Shown piece after piece: positions 51,394 to 64,000 of a stretch of 64,000 nucleotides of DNA (its first letter is position 1; every line of letters starts with the position of its first letter). The translations under genes and the position numbers were made by a program. The stretch covers positions 22,320,001 through 22,384,000 of the forward strand of contig NC_043000.1 in NCBI RefSeq assembly GCF_006345805.1, written 5' to 3'. Source of the DNA: Octopus sinensis. Its lineage: Eukaryota. The notes beneath the pieces are model-generated. The model ran no database searches and was not told the DNA's origin. It saw nothing but the letters and a program-made list of their open reading frames with translations.

Positions 51394-51669
51394 ATTTGGG
51401 CCGGATGAGGGCTGTTTTAATTGTTAACGGGTGAGCTTGGTCATCGTGCAATCAGTCCAAGGGACATAATCGAGAATATCTACCGTATCTGTTCGTTAAC
51501 AGAAACAGAGGGACCGCTTTTCGGTTTCGTGAATGTTTTATTTTTTAATTACTAGGTTTGATTACTCACAAGTCTAAGTATTTGGTATTAATCATTCGAA
51601 GAGCATGATTTGTGGAATATGAATATTACACATACACAGCATATAACAAACGATGATGTTTTATATTAC

Positions 51670-52016
51670 ACTAGCAGTATCGCCCGGCGTTGCTCGGGTT
51701 TGTAAGGGAAATAACTATATAAGCATTTTTAGAGAGTTATAGCCAAAAAATGGAAAAAAAAATGATGGTAAATTTTTTTAAAAATCGTTTTAGAGAGTTA
51801 CTTCCCTTATATAATAGCGAAAAAATGCATTAAAATGGAAAAAAATGATGGTAAATTTTTTTTTAAATCGTAGACGCGCGCTAATACCCAGAAGGGCTCG
51901 ATATGAATCACGACTATAAGATACCCGGTTTTGGTTAAACTGCACCGCAAAATGTAGGAGTAGTTAGGAATCTAAATTGTAGGAGACAGACACACTTCAC
52001 TTTTATATATAAAGAT
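51670..52016 (+). mobile_element. Helitron/Helentron-type non-autonomous element, copy 2
   Basis: Same termini and body as copy 1, with internal length differences. Confidence 0.6.
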
Positions 52017-52111
52017 AAGCATAACATACAACAAATGATGGAGTGTGTATTATATATACATACAGTCCATTTGTTCAAACTAAACTCTGTATGAAGAGCA
52101 GGCCTTATGTA

Positions 52112-52300
52112 TGAGGGAGTGCTGAAAAGTTCCTGGCTTTAAGGGTATCCCGAAGGGCCTGGCTGGAGGCCTAACCTTTCAACTTCTTTTACAGGGCTTA
52201 GAAAAACTGAAGGACTGTTGTAATAAGTGTATTAATCTGAGAGGGGAGTATGTTGAATAAAATCATAACTGATCCTTATCCTGTATTTTCTTTTCGTATG
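52112..52300 (+). mobile_element. mariner-derived non-autonomous fragment
   Basis: TA|tgagggagtgctgaaaagttcctgg mariner-type terminus and transposase tail KLKDCCNKCINLRGEYVE*; right TIR not seen. Confidence 0.55.
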
Positions 52301-52868
52301 CTACAGTATATAACAGATGCAAAAACCTGGACTAATATTAGCAAAGCTCTTAACTATATCTCCGTATTTGCCTCGTATGTCAGCGGATCAATTGACACCC
52401 TCACCGTCGTAACCGACGGAGTGCTGTTTTTTTTAAAAACTATATTGTCCAATATATTCTTTCTTTTTTAAGAAGGTTGAAAGAGTTTTGGGGAATTTCG
52501 CCTTTTTTTTTTTTTTAGAGGGTTAAATAACTCATTGCGGCTCCATCATTGGTTCGTGTTAAATGTAGTTACATAAAAGTGTTATAATATTTTGAATTGG
52601 AATTGGAAAAAACATAACTAAATTTGACAGCTTTCGATGGCAAGAAAACAAGGATGAACGAAGGGAGATAACTGATGCTGTGTGATTAATAAGTGTTTTT
52701 CGCAAGGTAGCAAGCTGGCAGAAACGTTAGCACGCCGGGCGAAATGCTTAGCGGTATTTCGTCTGTCTCTATGTTCTGAGTTGATTCCACCAAGGTCGAC
52801 TTTGCCTTTCATCCTTTCGGGGTCGATAAATTAAATACTAGTTGCGTACCAGGGTCGATCTAATCAAC

Positions 52869-53366
52869 TTCTTATCTCCTCAAAGACATACAGTATCTCG
52901 AAAGAGTCCAGAAGCTGGCTACCCGCATGGTTCATGGTCTCAAAAATTTGTCCTATGAAGAAAGGCTGAGGACGCTCGAGCTTTATTCTCTAGAAAAACG
53001 CCGCTGCCGTGGTGATCTCATTCTCGCCCACAACATCATAAGCGGAAAGTGTAACCTCTCAAAAGAGCTGTTTTTCACTCCTGCACCAGAGCGTTGGCTG
53101 CGGGGTCATTCCGAAAAGCTCTACCTGCGACGATTTCATCTCAATCGAAGGAGAGGAGCTTTCTCCGTCCGTGTTGCGGCTCCGTGGAACAAGCTGCCAG
53201 ACGAGATGGTGAAGATGCCGACGACCGCTTTGTTCAAAGCCTCCCTTGACCTCAAGTGGCCTGAACTCTTTACATGAACACCACCCTGTACTTAACTCCA
53301 TGTCCCCCTACATGGCCTTGCTATTTGCTTTTGAGCCAAATTAATTAACTAACTAACTAACTAACT
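52869..53366 (+). mobile_element. 5'-truncated CR1-clade LINE, second copy of the (AACT)n family, nested in a SINE
   Basis: ORF 52927-53277 (LSYEERLRTLELYSLEKRR.RGDLI...FSVRVAAPWNKLP) is highly similar to 42863-43640; it splits the SINE sequence gatctaatcaact|ggccccctcc. Confidence 0.9.
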
Positions 53367-54084
53367 GGCCCCCTCCTCCCTTCAGTAGAAAAGAAAGGGA
53401 CATTGATTTGAAGGCAGTGAGCTGGCAGAAACGTTAGCATGCTGGGCGAAATGCTTAGCGGTATTTCGTCTGTCTGCCAAGGTTGACTTTGCCTTTTGGA
53501 GTCGATAAATTAAGTAGCAGTTGTGTACTGAAGTCAATCTAATCGACCAGCCCCCTCTCCAACCGAAAATTTCGGGCCTTGTGCCTAGAGTAGAAGAGAA
53601 TAAGTGTTTTACTAACATCTAAAATTAGATTTTATTGGGGTCATAATGTTAGGTGCAGGGGTTACAAGAGACATTAAAGGACCAAGAGAGAGTGTAGAAT
53701 AATGCTTGTAGGATTCTGCGTGACACTTAGGGTGATTAGCTTCCACTATAGCCTTGGGCTGACTCAAATCAAGGCCTTACAAAAGGATTTGATAAATAGA
53801 AATTGTTTTACGTGTATGAGCATGTGTATAAGTGTGTATGTGGTTTCATTTTCTTGTCTTAACACCATGGCATAGTTGTAAACATGTATCACTGTCATAC
53901 AAGATGGGTCGTTTGTTTCCAGTCTTAAGTGAAACTTTGTTGAGGAATGGGGAAATATTACCTGGCTTGGAAACAAGTGAAGGTTGGCAACAGGAGGGAC
54001 ATCCAGCCATAGAAAATGTACCTCAATGAATTTCATCTGATCCATACAAACTTAGAAAAGTGGATGTTAAACAGATGGTGACTT

Positions 54085-54530
54085 TAACCCTTTGGCATAC
54101 AGATTATTCTGTCAAATATAACACTTATTTTTTTTTTCTCTCCAGTTTCAGCTCAGAGATGCGGCCATGCTGATGCACCGCCGTTAAATTAGGTACAGCA
54201 GGGATCACCACCACCCCTTGCCGGAGCCTCATGGGGCTTTAGGTGTTTTCGCTCAATAAACACTCACAATGCCTGGTCTGGGAATCGAAACCACGATCCT
54301 ACGACCATGAGTCCACTGCCCTAACCACTGGGCTATTGCGCCTCCACATTTATACACATTGTTTTGATTTAATCATGCATCATCTTGTAGCTTTAAGATT
54401 TCAATGATGTATTTGTTTACTTTTAGAATGACATTGCAGGATAGTTGTGAGAGGTCTGATCTAGTTAGTTTGAACACAAAACAAGTAGAACATTTGGGCC
54501 TGATCTGGCTGGTTTGACTGGTAAAGGGCT
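54085..54530. mobile_element. piggyBac-like MITE interrupted by a tRNA-headed SINE (about 54135-54345)
   Basis: Starts ttaa|ccctttggcatac and ends ...ggtaaaggg; a related body fragment lies at 50890-51005. Confidence 0.5.
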
Positions 54531-56657
54531 AGAGTTTGACATTTAGCTGATTGTCATGTGCAGTATGAAATGGTGCTCTCTTGTGGGTAGACTTTAAGAA
54601 TCTACATGTAAAAAGTGAAAGATTTTTAGATTACTTGGAAATAAGTGAAGGACATAATACAGCCAGACATTTTTCTACAGAGAACTCTTTATCATCTTTC
54701 TTCTCCCTAACCCCTGTCACTAATCCCTTCTCTCTTCTATACTCCCCCATCCTGTATTCTTTTTTTTTTTATTGCCTACAAGGGGCTAAAGATAGATGGG
54801 ACAAACAAGGACAGAGAAAGGGATTAAATCCATTACATTGACCCCAGTGCGTAACTGGTACTTAATTTATCGACCCCAAAAGGATGAAAGGCAAAGTCGA
54901 CCTCAGCGGAATTTGAACTCAGAACGTAACGGCAGACAAAATACCGTTAAGCATTTTGCCCGGTATGCTAACGTTTCTGCCAGCTCGCCATCCCTTATCC
55001 AATTGCCAAGAATCATCACCAGTTTTCTCTTTTGTTCTCCCACAGTTGTAGGGGCCATCTTAGGTTCTTAGCCCTGTTAGTTAACTAGTGCTGGTGCCAG
55101 GATAAGATCACCCAGTATTCTGTAAAGTGTTGGCATTAAAAGGACATTTAGTTTCCCAGCATTAAAGCCAGATGTTAAATGATGATGATATCGTTCACAG
55201 ATATGGTTCGGAGAAACATACTAAGATAAGTATTGGCATTGCTTTTGAAAAAAATCAAACGAACCTCCTACAAGCATTCATCTTCTAAGTGGAACCACTT
55301 CATTTCACCAGGACTAACACTTGTTTTTATATAAATAACGTCAACCTTTATAATCAATATGAATTCCAGAGGTGTTATTAAAACAATTTAAGAGTTTATA
55401 TTCAATGATGAACAGATTAATGAACGAGAGTATTAAGTAGATTTGCCAATTTACCAACTATCTTTAGCAAGTCGAGCAACCATAATGAAGTCAGATAACT
55501 TATTAAAATTTGTACTTTAAATAAATTGACAAGGAACCAAACGCAAAATGCAACCATCACAGTTCATGTATTAAACTCATTGGAAGTAATGTGTTAACGA
55601 ATTTATTTTAAAAAATGGAAAATTTTAGATTATTTTGTCTCCCTTACACTTTGGTTAATTTGATAAGCAACATTTACCTCCCCTTAATATAACCTTGATG
55701 AATTGTGCTTAAGGTCTGCCTTAGTTGCCGAATCTCACTTCTAACATATCAAACTTCCACCTAATCTCTTATATGTAAAAATAATAACGAAAGAAGGAAA
55801 GAACAAAGATAGTATCAAGAAAATTTAGACAATTACTACATCTTTTCTATGAAACATCTCTTTTACGTGTTTCAGGCATTTGACTACGGCCATGCTGGAG
55901 CACCACCTTTAGTCGAGCAAATCAACCCCAGGACTTATCCTTTGTAAACCTAGTACTCATTCTATCGGTCTCTTTCGCCGAACAGCTTGGTTACGGGAAC
56001 GTAAACACACTAGCATCGTTTGTCAGGCAATGTTGGAGGGACAAACACAGACACACACACATACACGACGGGTTTTTTTCAGCTTCCGTCTACAAAATCT
56101 CCACTCACAAGGCTTTGGTCGGCCCGAGGCTATAATAGAAGACACTTGCCTAAAGTACCACGGAACCATGTAGTTGGTAAGCAAGCTATACTTAGCACAC
56201 AGCCACTCGTGTGCCTATATGATATCTGTAATTAAACTATAAGACATCCGTATCAGAAGCACCTTTTTAGAAAATATTGAGGGAACCTGCAAGAACTGAA
56301 GTAAAAAAAAAAAAACTTAGATGTGGTGTATTGGATGCACAACACAAAAGCCAGAAACAAATAAAAGACATTAATTGATGTGTGTGCAAAGATTATGCTG
56401 GTCTATATATATTTCTTTATTACCCACAAGGGGTTAAACATAGAGGGGACAAACAAGGACAGACAAATGGATTAAGTCGATTACATCGATCCCAGTGCGA
56501 TACTGGTACTTCATTTATCGACCCTGAAAGGATGAAAGGCAAAGTCAACCTTGGCGGAATTTGAACTCAGAACGTAACGACAGACGAAATACTGATAAGC
56601 ATTTTGCCCGGCGCGCTAACGTTTCTGCCAGCTTACCGCCTATACTGTTCTATATAT

Positions 56658-56908
56658 GCCCACGGGTATATAGCATAATGGTTAAGAGCATGGGATACTA
56701 ACCAAGATTCCGAGTTCAATTCCAGGCAGTGCTTTGAATAAATAATAATATCAGCAAAACAATACCTTAGGAATGAAAACCCAGGTTTGGGTTAATAAAA
56801 AAACATTCTACCAGGACACTTGATGAAGAATGGAGAGTAAATCAGCCGAAACGTTGTGGTAACATCAAACAAGATGAGGACGCATAGCTGTCCAATGTAA
56901 ATAATGTA
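56658..56908 (+). mobile_element. Stand-alone tRNA-headed element with hammerhead-like motif (same family as 31310-31512)
   Basis: A box TAGCATAATGG (56671-56681), B box GAGTTCAATTCC (56712-56723), accttaggaatga segment, then GGACAC-TTGATGA...CAGCC-GAAACGTT-GTG (56814-56860) and the shared 3' tail. Confidence 0.75.
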
Positions 56909-58269
56909 TGCAAAGATTGTTAGATAAATGTGATTAACCAATTTGGTGAACGTAAGTGCAGAAATTGCACTCTAACTGAAATACCCGAGTTATTGGCTGT
57001 AAAACATGGACAACATTCTAGCATAGGGTATGCTTTTGAGTGGATAACACTATGTTAGGGATTCATATATGTAAGATAGTCGAGTTGAAAAATCTTTAAT
57101 TAAAGAGGTCTAATAAGACCAAAACATGTCTGCTGCTTTCACAAGATTGTTTAATTGTTTAGAGACTATATCCATTCTCACAATGCATTTTTTATAGTTT
57201 CGAAAAAAAAAAAAACAAAAAAACAAAAATCGATTTAATAAATTAATGATGCAGTGATTATAACATTTTGTTTCAAAGGTACAGAATATCTTTTACTTGT
57301 TTCAATATCTGCCCTGGGTCACTGCTCTGAAAATACTGGAGTCACTTTGATTAGAACTCTTCAAGACAGTGCCTCAGCATGATGATAGTTATCATTCAAT
57401 GAACATATTGTGAGAAGTGAAAGAGTAACTTACAAATGTGCTATCACTTACTACTTTTGTTATTTTGATCATGCATTTTAGAAAAGAACCAAGAATTTTA
57501 TGTTAGTTTTTTTTTTTTTTATCACAGAGTAATGTAATATGTTTGACATCAGCAGAAGAATTGTTTCTTTTTCTTTGATACTGTGCTGGAGCTAACTTGT
57601 ACCCTATAGATGGTATTTTAGATAACAGCTATGGCCAATGCCAATGTTGCATATCCAGCCCATTTAAAAGTACCTCTGATGTGTCAGGTGATATGATATG
57701 CTTGAGAAGACCTGTTGAGTCAAGTAAAACCAAAATCGTAGCTGTGGCCAGTGTCCCCTGACTGGCTCCCATTCCCATCATCAACATCGTTTAACGTCTG
57801 TTTTCCATGCCAGCATGGGTTGGACTGTTCGACTGGGGTCTGGGAAGCCAGGAGCCTGCACGAGGGTCCACTCTGATCTAGCAGTGTTTCTACAGCTGGA
57901 TGTCCTTCCTAACACCAACCACTCCATGACTGTAGTGGGTGCTTTTTACGTGCCACTGGCACAAGGGCCAAAGGAGGCTGACAATGGCCACAGTTGGTTG
58001 GTGCTATTTACGTACCACCGGCACGGACACCAGTCAGGGCAGCGGATGGTGCTTTTTACATGCCACTGGCACAGGTATCACAAATACAATTTCCATTTGA
58101 TTTTTATTTTGATGTACTTGACCCAATAGGTCTCCTCAAGAACAGCAGGATGCCCTACGATCCAAAGTAAGCACAGCAGGCCGTCCTGTGAGCCATGAAC
58201 TCACTTCATTTGTCTGGCCTTCGCAGTCACTGCATATCTCCAGAGGTCTCGGTCTTTTGTCATTGCCTC

Positions 58270-58685
58270 TGTGAGGAACGCATCATCCAAACGTGTTTGA
58301 TGCCAGTGTCCCCTGACAGGCTCCTGTGCTGGTGGCACATAAAAAGCACAATCTGAATGTGGTCGATGCTGGGTCCGCCTGACTGGCCCCCATGCTGGTG
58401 GCATGTAAAAAGCACCATCTGAATGTGGTTGATGGCAGTACCCCCTGACTGGTTCCCATGCTGGTGGTATGTAAAAAGCACTATCCGAATGTGATCGATG
58501 CCAGGACTACCTGATTGTCTCCTGCGCTGGTGGCACATAAAAAGCACCCACTACACTCTCAGAGTGGTTGGTGTTAGGAAGGGCATCCAGCTATAGAAAC
58601 ATTGCCAGAGCAGACTGAAGCCTGGTGCAGCCACTGGCTCTCCAGACCTCAGTCAAATCATCTAACCCATGTCAGCATGGAAAAT
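58270..58685 (+). mobile_element. SINE family C with tandem 66-bp array
   Basis: aaaaagcac at 58341, 58407, 58473 and 58539 (exact 66-bp spacing). Confidence 0.85.
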
Positions 58686-59933
58686 AGATTGAGTGGGAGT
58701 GTCACAGAGAGGAAAGTAGCTTTATAGTTGATGTTGAGAGAAGCTGAAAGGTGACAGGATATGCATTATATAATGGTGAGTGGGAGTAGTGAGAAAGAGA
58801 GATAAAGATGGTGGTGACAAGGTGTGAGGGCATAAGCCCAAGGTATGAGAAGATGAGTAGAAGAGAGAGTAGAGACAGAGGAGTGGGAGGAGCTGATGGG
58901 TGAGTTTACAAGAGTGTGGGACGAAAGTAAGGAATGGTTATAATGGGAGGGGGTAGTAGAGGTAAATGTTGTGAATGGTGAAGACGAGTGTAGGTAAATA
59001 TGAGTTTGGAGTGGAAGGTGATAAGAAACAGAAGTGGCCCGAGCAGGAGGGGGTGGTAATTTGCAGTAGAGAAAAGGTAAAGAGCAGCAAAAAATACATA
59101 TATTATGATCATCATTTAATGTCCATTTTCCATGCTGGCAAGAGTTGGATGGTTTGACAGGATCTGGTAAGGGCAAGGGCTGCACCAAGTTCCACAGTGT
59201 TTTGGTTTGGTTTCTGCAGCGGGATGCCCTTCCTAACTCCAAACACTTTACAGAGTGCATTGGGTGCTTTTTACATGGAACCATATGTATCATCATCATT
59301 TATTGTCCATGTTCCATGCTGATATGGGTTGGATGGTTTGACAGGATCTGATGTGCCCAAGGACTGCATTGAGCTTCAGTGTCTACTTCTGACGGTAGAC
59401 AATAGACAGTGTCTACTGTCTATTGACTACAGCATGACTTTTATGGCTGGATGCCAACCGTTTTACAGTTGGAATAGGTGCGGTTTCTTCATACCACCTG
59501 CACTGTTGAGGTAACCATGCAATTTGCAGGATATGAACCCTGGGGGAGATGAGGAGTTAGCTTCATGCTAGTGGATGAGGGTATAATGAGAGAGGTGGAG
59601 CAGAGCAGGTTCTTGAAGAAGGATCTGCATGGTTACTCCCATCTAGAAGGGGGGAAAGAAATAGAAAATGATCAGTAGGAACTACAAGACATAGATGATG
59701 GCAATAAGGTTCTCAGGTGGCCCCATAAGGCACAGGCTGAAGAGAAATAGGTAGCTGGGTGGTTCGCAAGATTGTATGGGAATGAGGGTTGGGGAGACAG
59801 ATTGCCATATTGCCATATAACTTAAGGAATTTATGGAACTAAATACCTTATAGATTCAGCTATGAGGACTAGATTAATAGTATATAGGAGTTCCCTTGGA
59901 CAGCCAGTCTTAAACTCTTCATTGAAGGCTTGA

Positions 59934-60310
59934 GGAGAGGAGGAAGCACTCCGTCGAGGGTTCCGGTTGATCCGAATCAACGGAACAGCCTGCTTGTGAA
60001 AGTAACGTGTAAGTGGCTGAGCACTCCACAGACACGTGTACCCTTAATGTAGTTCTCGGGGATATTCAGCGTGACACAGAGAGTGACAAGGCCGGCCCTT
60101 TGAAATACAGGTACAACAGAAACTGGAAGTAAGAGTGAGAGAAAGTTGTGGTGAAAGAGTATAGCAGGGATCACCACCATCCCCTGCCGGAGCCTTGTGG
60201 AGCTTAGGTGTTTTTGCTCAATAAACACTCACAACGCCCGGTCTGGGAATCGAAACCGCGATCCTATGACCGTGAGTCCGCTGCCCTAACCACTGGGCCA
60301 TTGCGCCTCC
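59934..60310 (-). mobile_element. tRNA-headed SINE with 13-bp TSD
   Basis: Same family as 20812-21177; flanked by attgaaggcttga at 59921-59933 and 60311-60323. Confidence 0.85.
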
Positions 60311-63300
60311 ATTGAAGGCTTGAAGGACTATGATGAATAGGAGAGGACTGAGGAATGAACCTCGAGGGACTCCTACCTTCACATTAAATTCATCACTGAA
60401 GTCATTGTCACTTTCACTCTACTTACAGCATCCTTGTACATAGCTTAAACCTTCCATGCAAGCTATTCATCTACACCTGGTTTCCTCTGAGCCCACTAAA
60501 TTACTGAATGTGATACCTTGTGAAATGCTTTCTCCATATCAAAAAACCACAAATAGCAGTTTATTCTTAGCCAGGTGTTTCTCTAGGAAGATTGCATCTC
60601 TTCTTGGGACAAAGCCAAACTGCATCTCATCCAAGCGGGCCTTCATTGCTATTCGATGTTTAAAAAATTCCTATTATATTTTTGGAATTAAAAACTATTA
60701 GGAATTGTATTAAAAAAAAAAAAAAAAGATGTTAAAACATTTTGAGCAGTGGAGAAGAATAACCAATTTAGGCGGAGGTAAAGATAATGGACCGGATTTG
60801 CATTGGGATTTTATTTTTTTTACAGGAACACACTATATCGAGGGCGGAGATTCCGAATCTGCAAAAAAATTGGTCAATATAAAGACTGTAGTGGATCTTG
60901 CAAGCTTTATCGTTACAAGACCTTCACCAGGGAACAAAAAAATAATAAAGCAGCCTGGGTGGAGGGTACAAACAAGTGTGTGGAAAACGAATATGAAAAA
61001 AAAAATGCGCGCTGACGACCCTGGTGGGGTGAGGAGGGAACTTTCGGAAAATTCAGAAGATCCGATATTTCCGTCATAACTTCCGGTAAAATGGATATAT
61101 ATTGATTTTTTTGTTTTTACGGAATCCCACGTTTTTGGTTATGGAGGATCCGATTCTGAAAAATTTTTTTAGAATGATAATCTCCGTATTTTTTTTTTAC
61201 GTATTTCGCCAAAAAAATTTTGTTAAAAAAGTGGAAATTTAGTGCTCATAAATTTTAGCAATAAAATCTTATATGGCCCGTCGAGGTCATAGAGACCCCA
61301 GTCGAGAACGACTGGTTTCAAAATTCTACATCAGTCTTTATTACAAGATAAAGTATTAAAGTAAAAGTACCGGCCGCTTTGATAGAATCTCACCAGCTAC
61401 TGACTGGAGAAAGTGAAAGCAGAAGCATTGACCTCAGGAATCGTGGTAGTTTCTGATTGAAAAGTTAAAATTTTTAAAGGATCTTAAGGAAAAGATCCTT
61501 TTTAAAAAATAGAAGATCCGATAACCGTTGCGAAAAGAAAAAAAAAAGATGAAATAAAATAGAATTTAGGTTTAGAAAATTGCCGCTAAAATGGACAATT
61601 GCTGCACGGTCCCACGTTTTGGATCTTGTCTGTTTGAGGTAGAGGAAAGAGAGTTAAAAAGTGTTGTCGCTTAGAGGTAAAAGAAAAAAAATCCAAATGA
61701 GACTAATGCTTTCAACATCAGGTTTTAAAAATAACCGTCATACCAAAGAAATAAGTTACTGTTCATCTATGTAGGTCGTTAAGCGGGCATATTGCAGATA
61801 GATGCCCTCACCCTAGCGACTTTGTTTCCTTATAACCAGTTCCCGTTAACTTGGCATTATTCACTTTTTTTCTCCCTTTAGCTTTATGCATTTGAAATAT
61901 CGACATTGCATAACTCACACGCCAAAACTACTTGAAAATTATCAGCATAATCGTAATCTATACTATTAAAAACATATGTCAACAGAATTTCATTAAAAAA
62001 AATATACGTGTCTCCGAAAATTATGAAGAAATAAGGTTAAGGGCACCAAACTGTAATTATGCCGTTAAAACTATCAACAATGATGAAAAGCAGAAATTAA
62101 AAGTAACGTAATTTCACAAAACAAGAAAAATCTTCTCCATCGTCAATTACTGCGTTATAAATAATATATTTATTCATCAAGGATGGGACAAACTGAAGAC
62201 TTAATCAGTAGAGACAAATTATAGCTAAGTGCGCTGGTGGTAGAGTTTAAAAAATATTTGAAATAGAACTGGTATGAAGGTATAACGTAAATAATGACGC
62301 CAGAAAATATTCTTTAATTACATCCTCAATAACGAAACTAATAACAACATTAAATTTTAACAATCAATCAGTGAGCAAATAGCAGCGAGTTAAATACGTT
62401 TGTTCTTATAGACCATGAACTCTTGGCTTATGACTAAAAACGATCCCCTACTACAAACCTGGTACCAAGGGAGTTAAAATGATTAGTGGACCGAAAGATA
62501 TTTAATGTTTGGGATATATCTCTAAGACGTCCTGCGAGTGAATGGGATTATAATAGGGGAATATATTTACGTTCAGAGTTTTCAACAAACTCTAACAGCG
62601 AAATTATAATCAATGAGATGTCCGTGAGCGAGATGCTTAAGACTTCATCAACACTAACAACCAAGTGATGTATAAAAAAATGTGAAAGAAAACGAAAAAG
62701 CACTAAAATTTGTTGATACTTAACCATAAAGGTGTTCAAAATGATTTGATCCAGATCGTTGTTAAGGTATACCATGTGGCGTAGGAAATAAACGTGCAGG
62801 TTGAGGCACCGGAACTAAGCAAATATAGCCTCAAAATAAAATTACTAAAGAATTATGACTTTATATAAATACAAAATCTTTCAGACAGACAAAAGATATG
62901 AATAATTATATTTTAAAGTCGTAAGCTCTGTCATGAACAAAAATATATTTTCTAGTCCTTACTTTTCAGTTTATGAAATATTCGGTGCCAGAGTTGACTG
63001 TACACTGAAAGTTGTATACCAGGATACATCAAATACTTCATTCGTTTAAATTTTTACATATAAATTTATTTCTTATAAATTCAAATGCTCGATTTTATTA
63101 TTTAGGTGCAGAAGCTTGCTTTGGAATCACTTGATTTCGGGTTCAGTCCCAATGCGTGGCATTCTACTTTTGCGCAGGACCGATCAATGCCTTATGAGTG
63201 AATTTGGTAAACACAAATTGTGTGGAAGCCTGTATGTGACTGTATGTATGTTTGTGTGTGTTCGCCCCCACAAAATATTGCTTGACATCCGGTGTAGATT

Positions 63301-63689
63301 TGTTTAACTTTGTAAATTAGTATTTCGGCAAAAAGAAATCGATTTGTTCGACTATATATTTTAATGCAATGCCCCAGCATGGCCGCAGTCTAATGACTAA
63401 AACAAGTTAATAAAACAAGATAATAGGGGCACTAGAAAACACTTCAGTTTTAATATTTGTGTTGATTGTTGTCAATCATTTTGTGATAGAACATTAAATG
63501 ATGATTTTAAATTTAATTCAATTTCATATTATATTCTAAAAGAATAAAATATTTAGAGGGAAAAAACGGTTTTCTTTAACATACCAATTAAAGAACATTT
63601 CGAATGCATTGTAATTTTAAGACCGGTAAATTTCTTTATAAGGCCGGAATTAATATCGCCAAGTTATTATTTGCATTGACACCTAAAAC

Positions 63690-63756
63690 CGCGCGAAACT
63701 TTTCGCGCGCAAAAGTTTGCTTTGTGTTCATTCTGCAGTGCTTTATTTCGGTAAGT
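63690..63756 (+). promoter_or_regulatory. Paired inverted E2F-like sites followed by a strong splice donor (candidate promoter and short first exon of a plus-strand gene)
   Basis: cgcgcgaaa-ct-tttcgcgcg (two TTTCGCGC sites in opposite orientation) at 63690-63709; ttatttcg|GTAAGT at 63750/63751; CpG-retaining context. Confidence 0.4.
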
Positions 63757-64000
63757 GACTCTCACAACTTAAAACTGATTCAGTTTTATATTTATTGTTT
63801 TATTCACGAAAGTTTTGATTACCATATTTTCATCTCTCAGACGCATTCCGATTTTATTAAATTTAATATTTCTTAAGTATGAGTTTTATTATTTATGTCA
63901 GTGCCACATGAGCTATTCTGCCTCGAGCAACCATTATCCTTGTTATTTTATCCTAGCTTCTTATTCGATTTGAGAAACTACTTGCAAAAGTTTTATATTT

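Noticed and set aside
52385-52425. Apparent minus-strand donor cgacg|GTGAGG in a CpG-rich patch
   Set aside because: The sequence is the reverse complement of the SINE end seen at 20812 (agcactccgtcggtt.cgacg..gagggt).
60720-61310. ORFs 60729-61079 and 60803-61015
   Set aside because: The region has repeated gattccgaatctg/gatccgattctg motifs typical of long-TIR DNA-transposon remnants; the peptides show no domain features.
62486-62775. Short ORFs on both strands in the CpG-retaining zone
   Set aside because: Short, no motifs, no supporting splice structure.

Overview
AT-rich, microsatellite- and SINE-dense animal genomic DNA. The SINE repertoire resembles what I recall of octopus (cephalopod) genomes; this is an inference. 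Only one protein-coding gene is securely supported: a minus-strand type I protein arginine methyltransferase (22604-23962, 452 aa, PRMT6/Drosophila Art8-like). Its CDS has no introns, is preceded by a splice acceptor and ends in a His/Cys motif plus an acidic tail. The rest is mostly transposon debris: three or more tRNA-type SINE families, CR1, RTE (one with a PHD-type finger inside the RT), R4/Dong-like and L1/Tx1-like LINE ends, a Penelope-like GIY-YIG fragment, Chapaev3-like and Tc1/mariner deletion derivatives, and piggyBac-like and Helitron-like non-autonomous elements. Most ORFs in the supplied track are microsatellite or SINE artefacts. The most unusual signal is two repeat families carrying minimal hammerhead-ribozyme-like motifs. 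One of them combines a tRNA-like Pol III head with the ribozyme and flanks the Penelope endonuclease in inverted orientation. A CpG-retaining zone at about 60.8-64 kb, with paired E2F-like sites and divergent splice donors, may be a promoter region.
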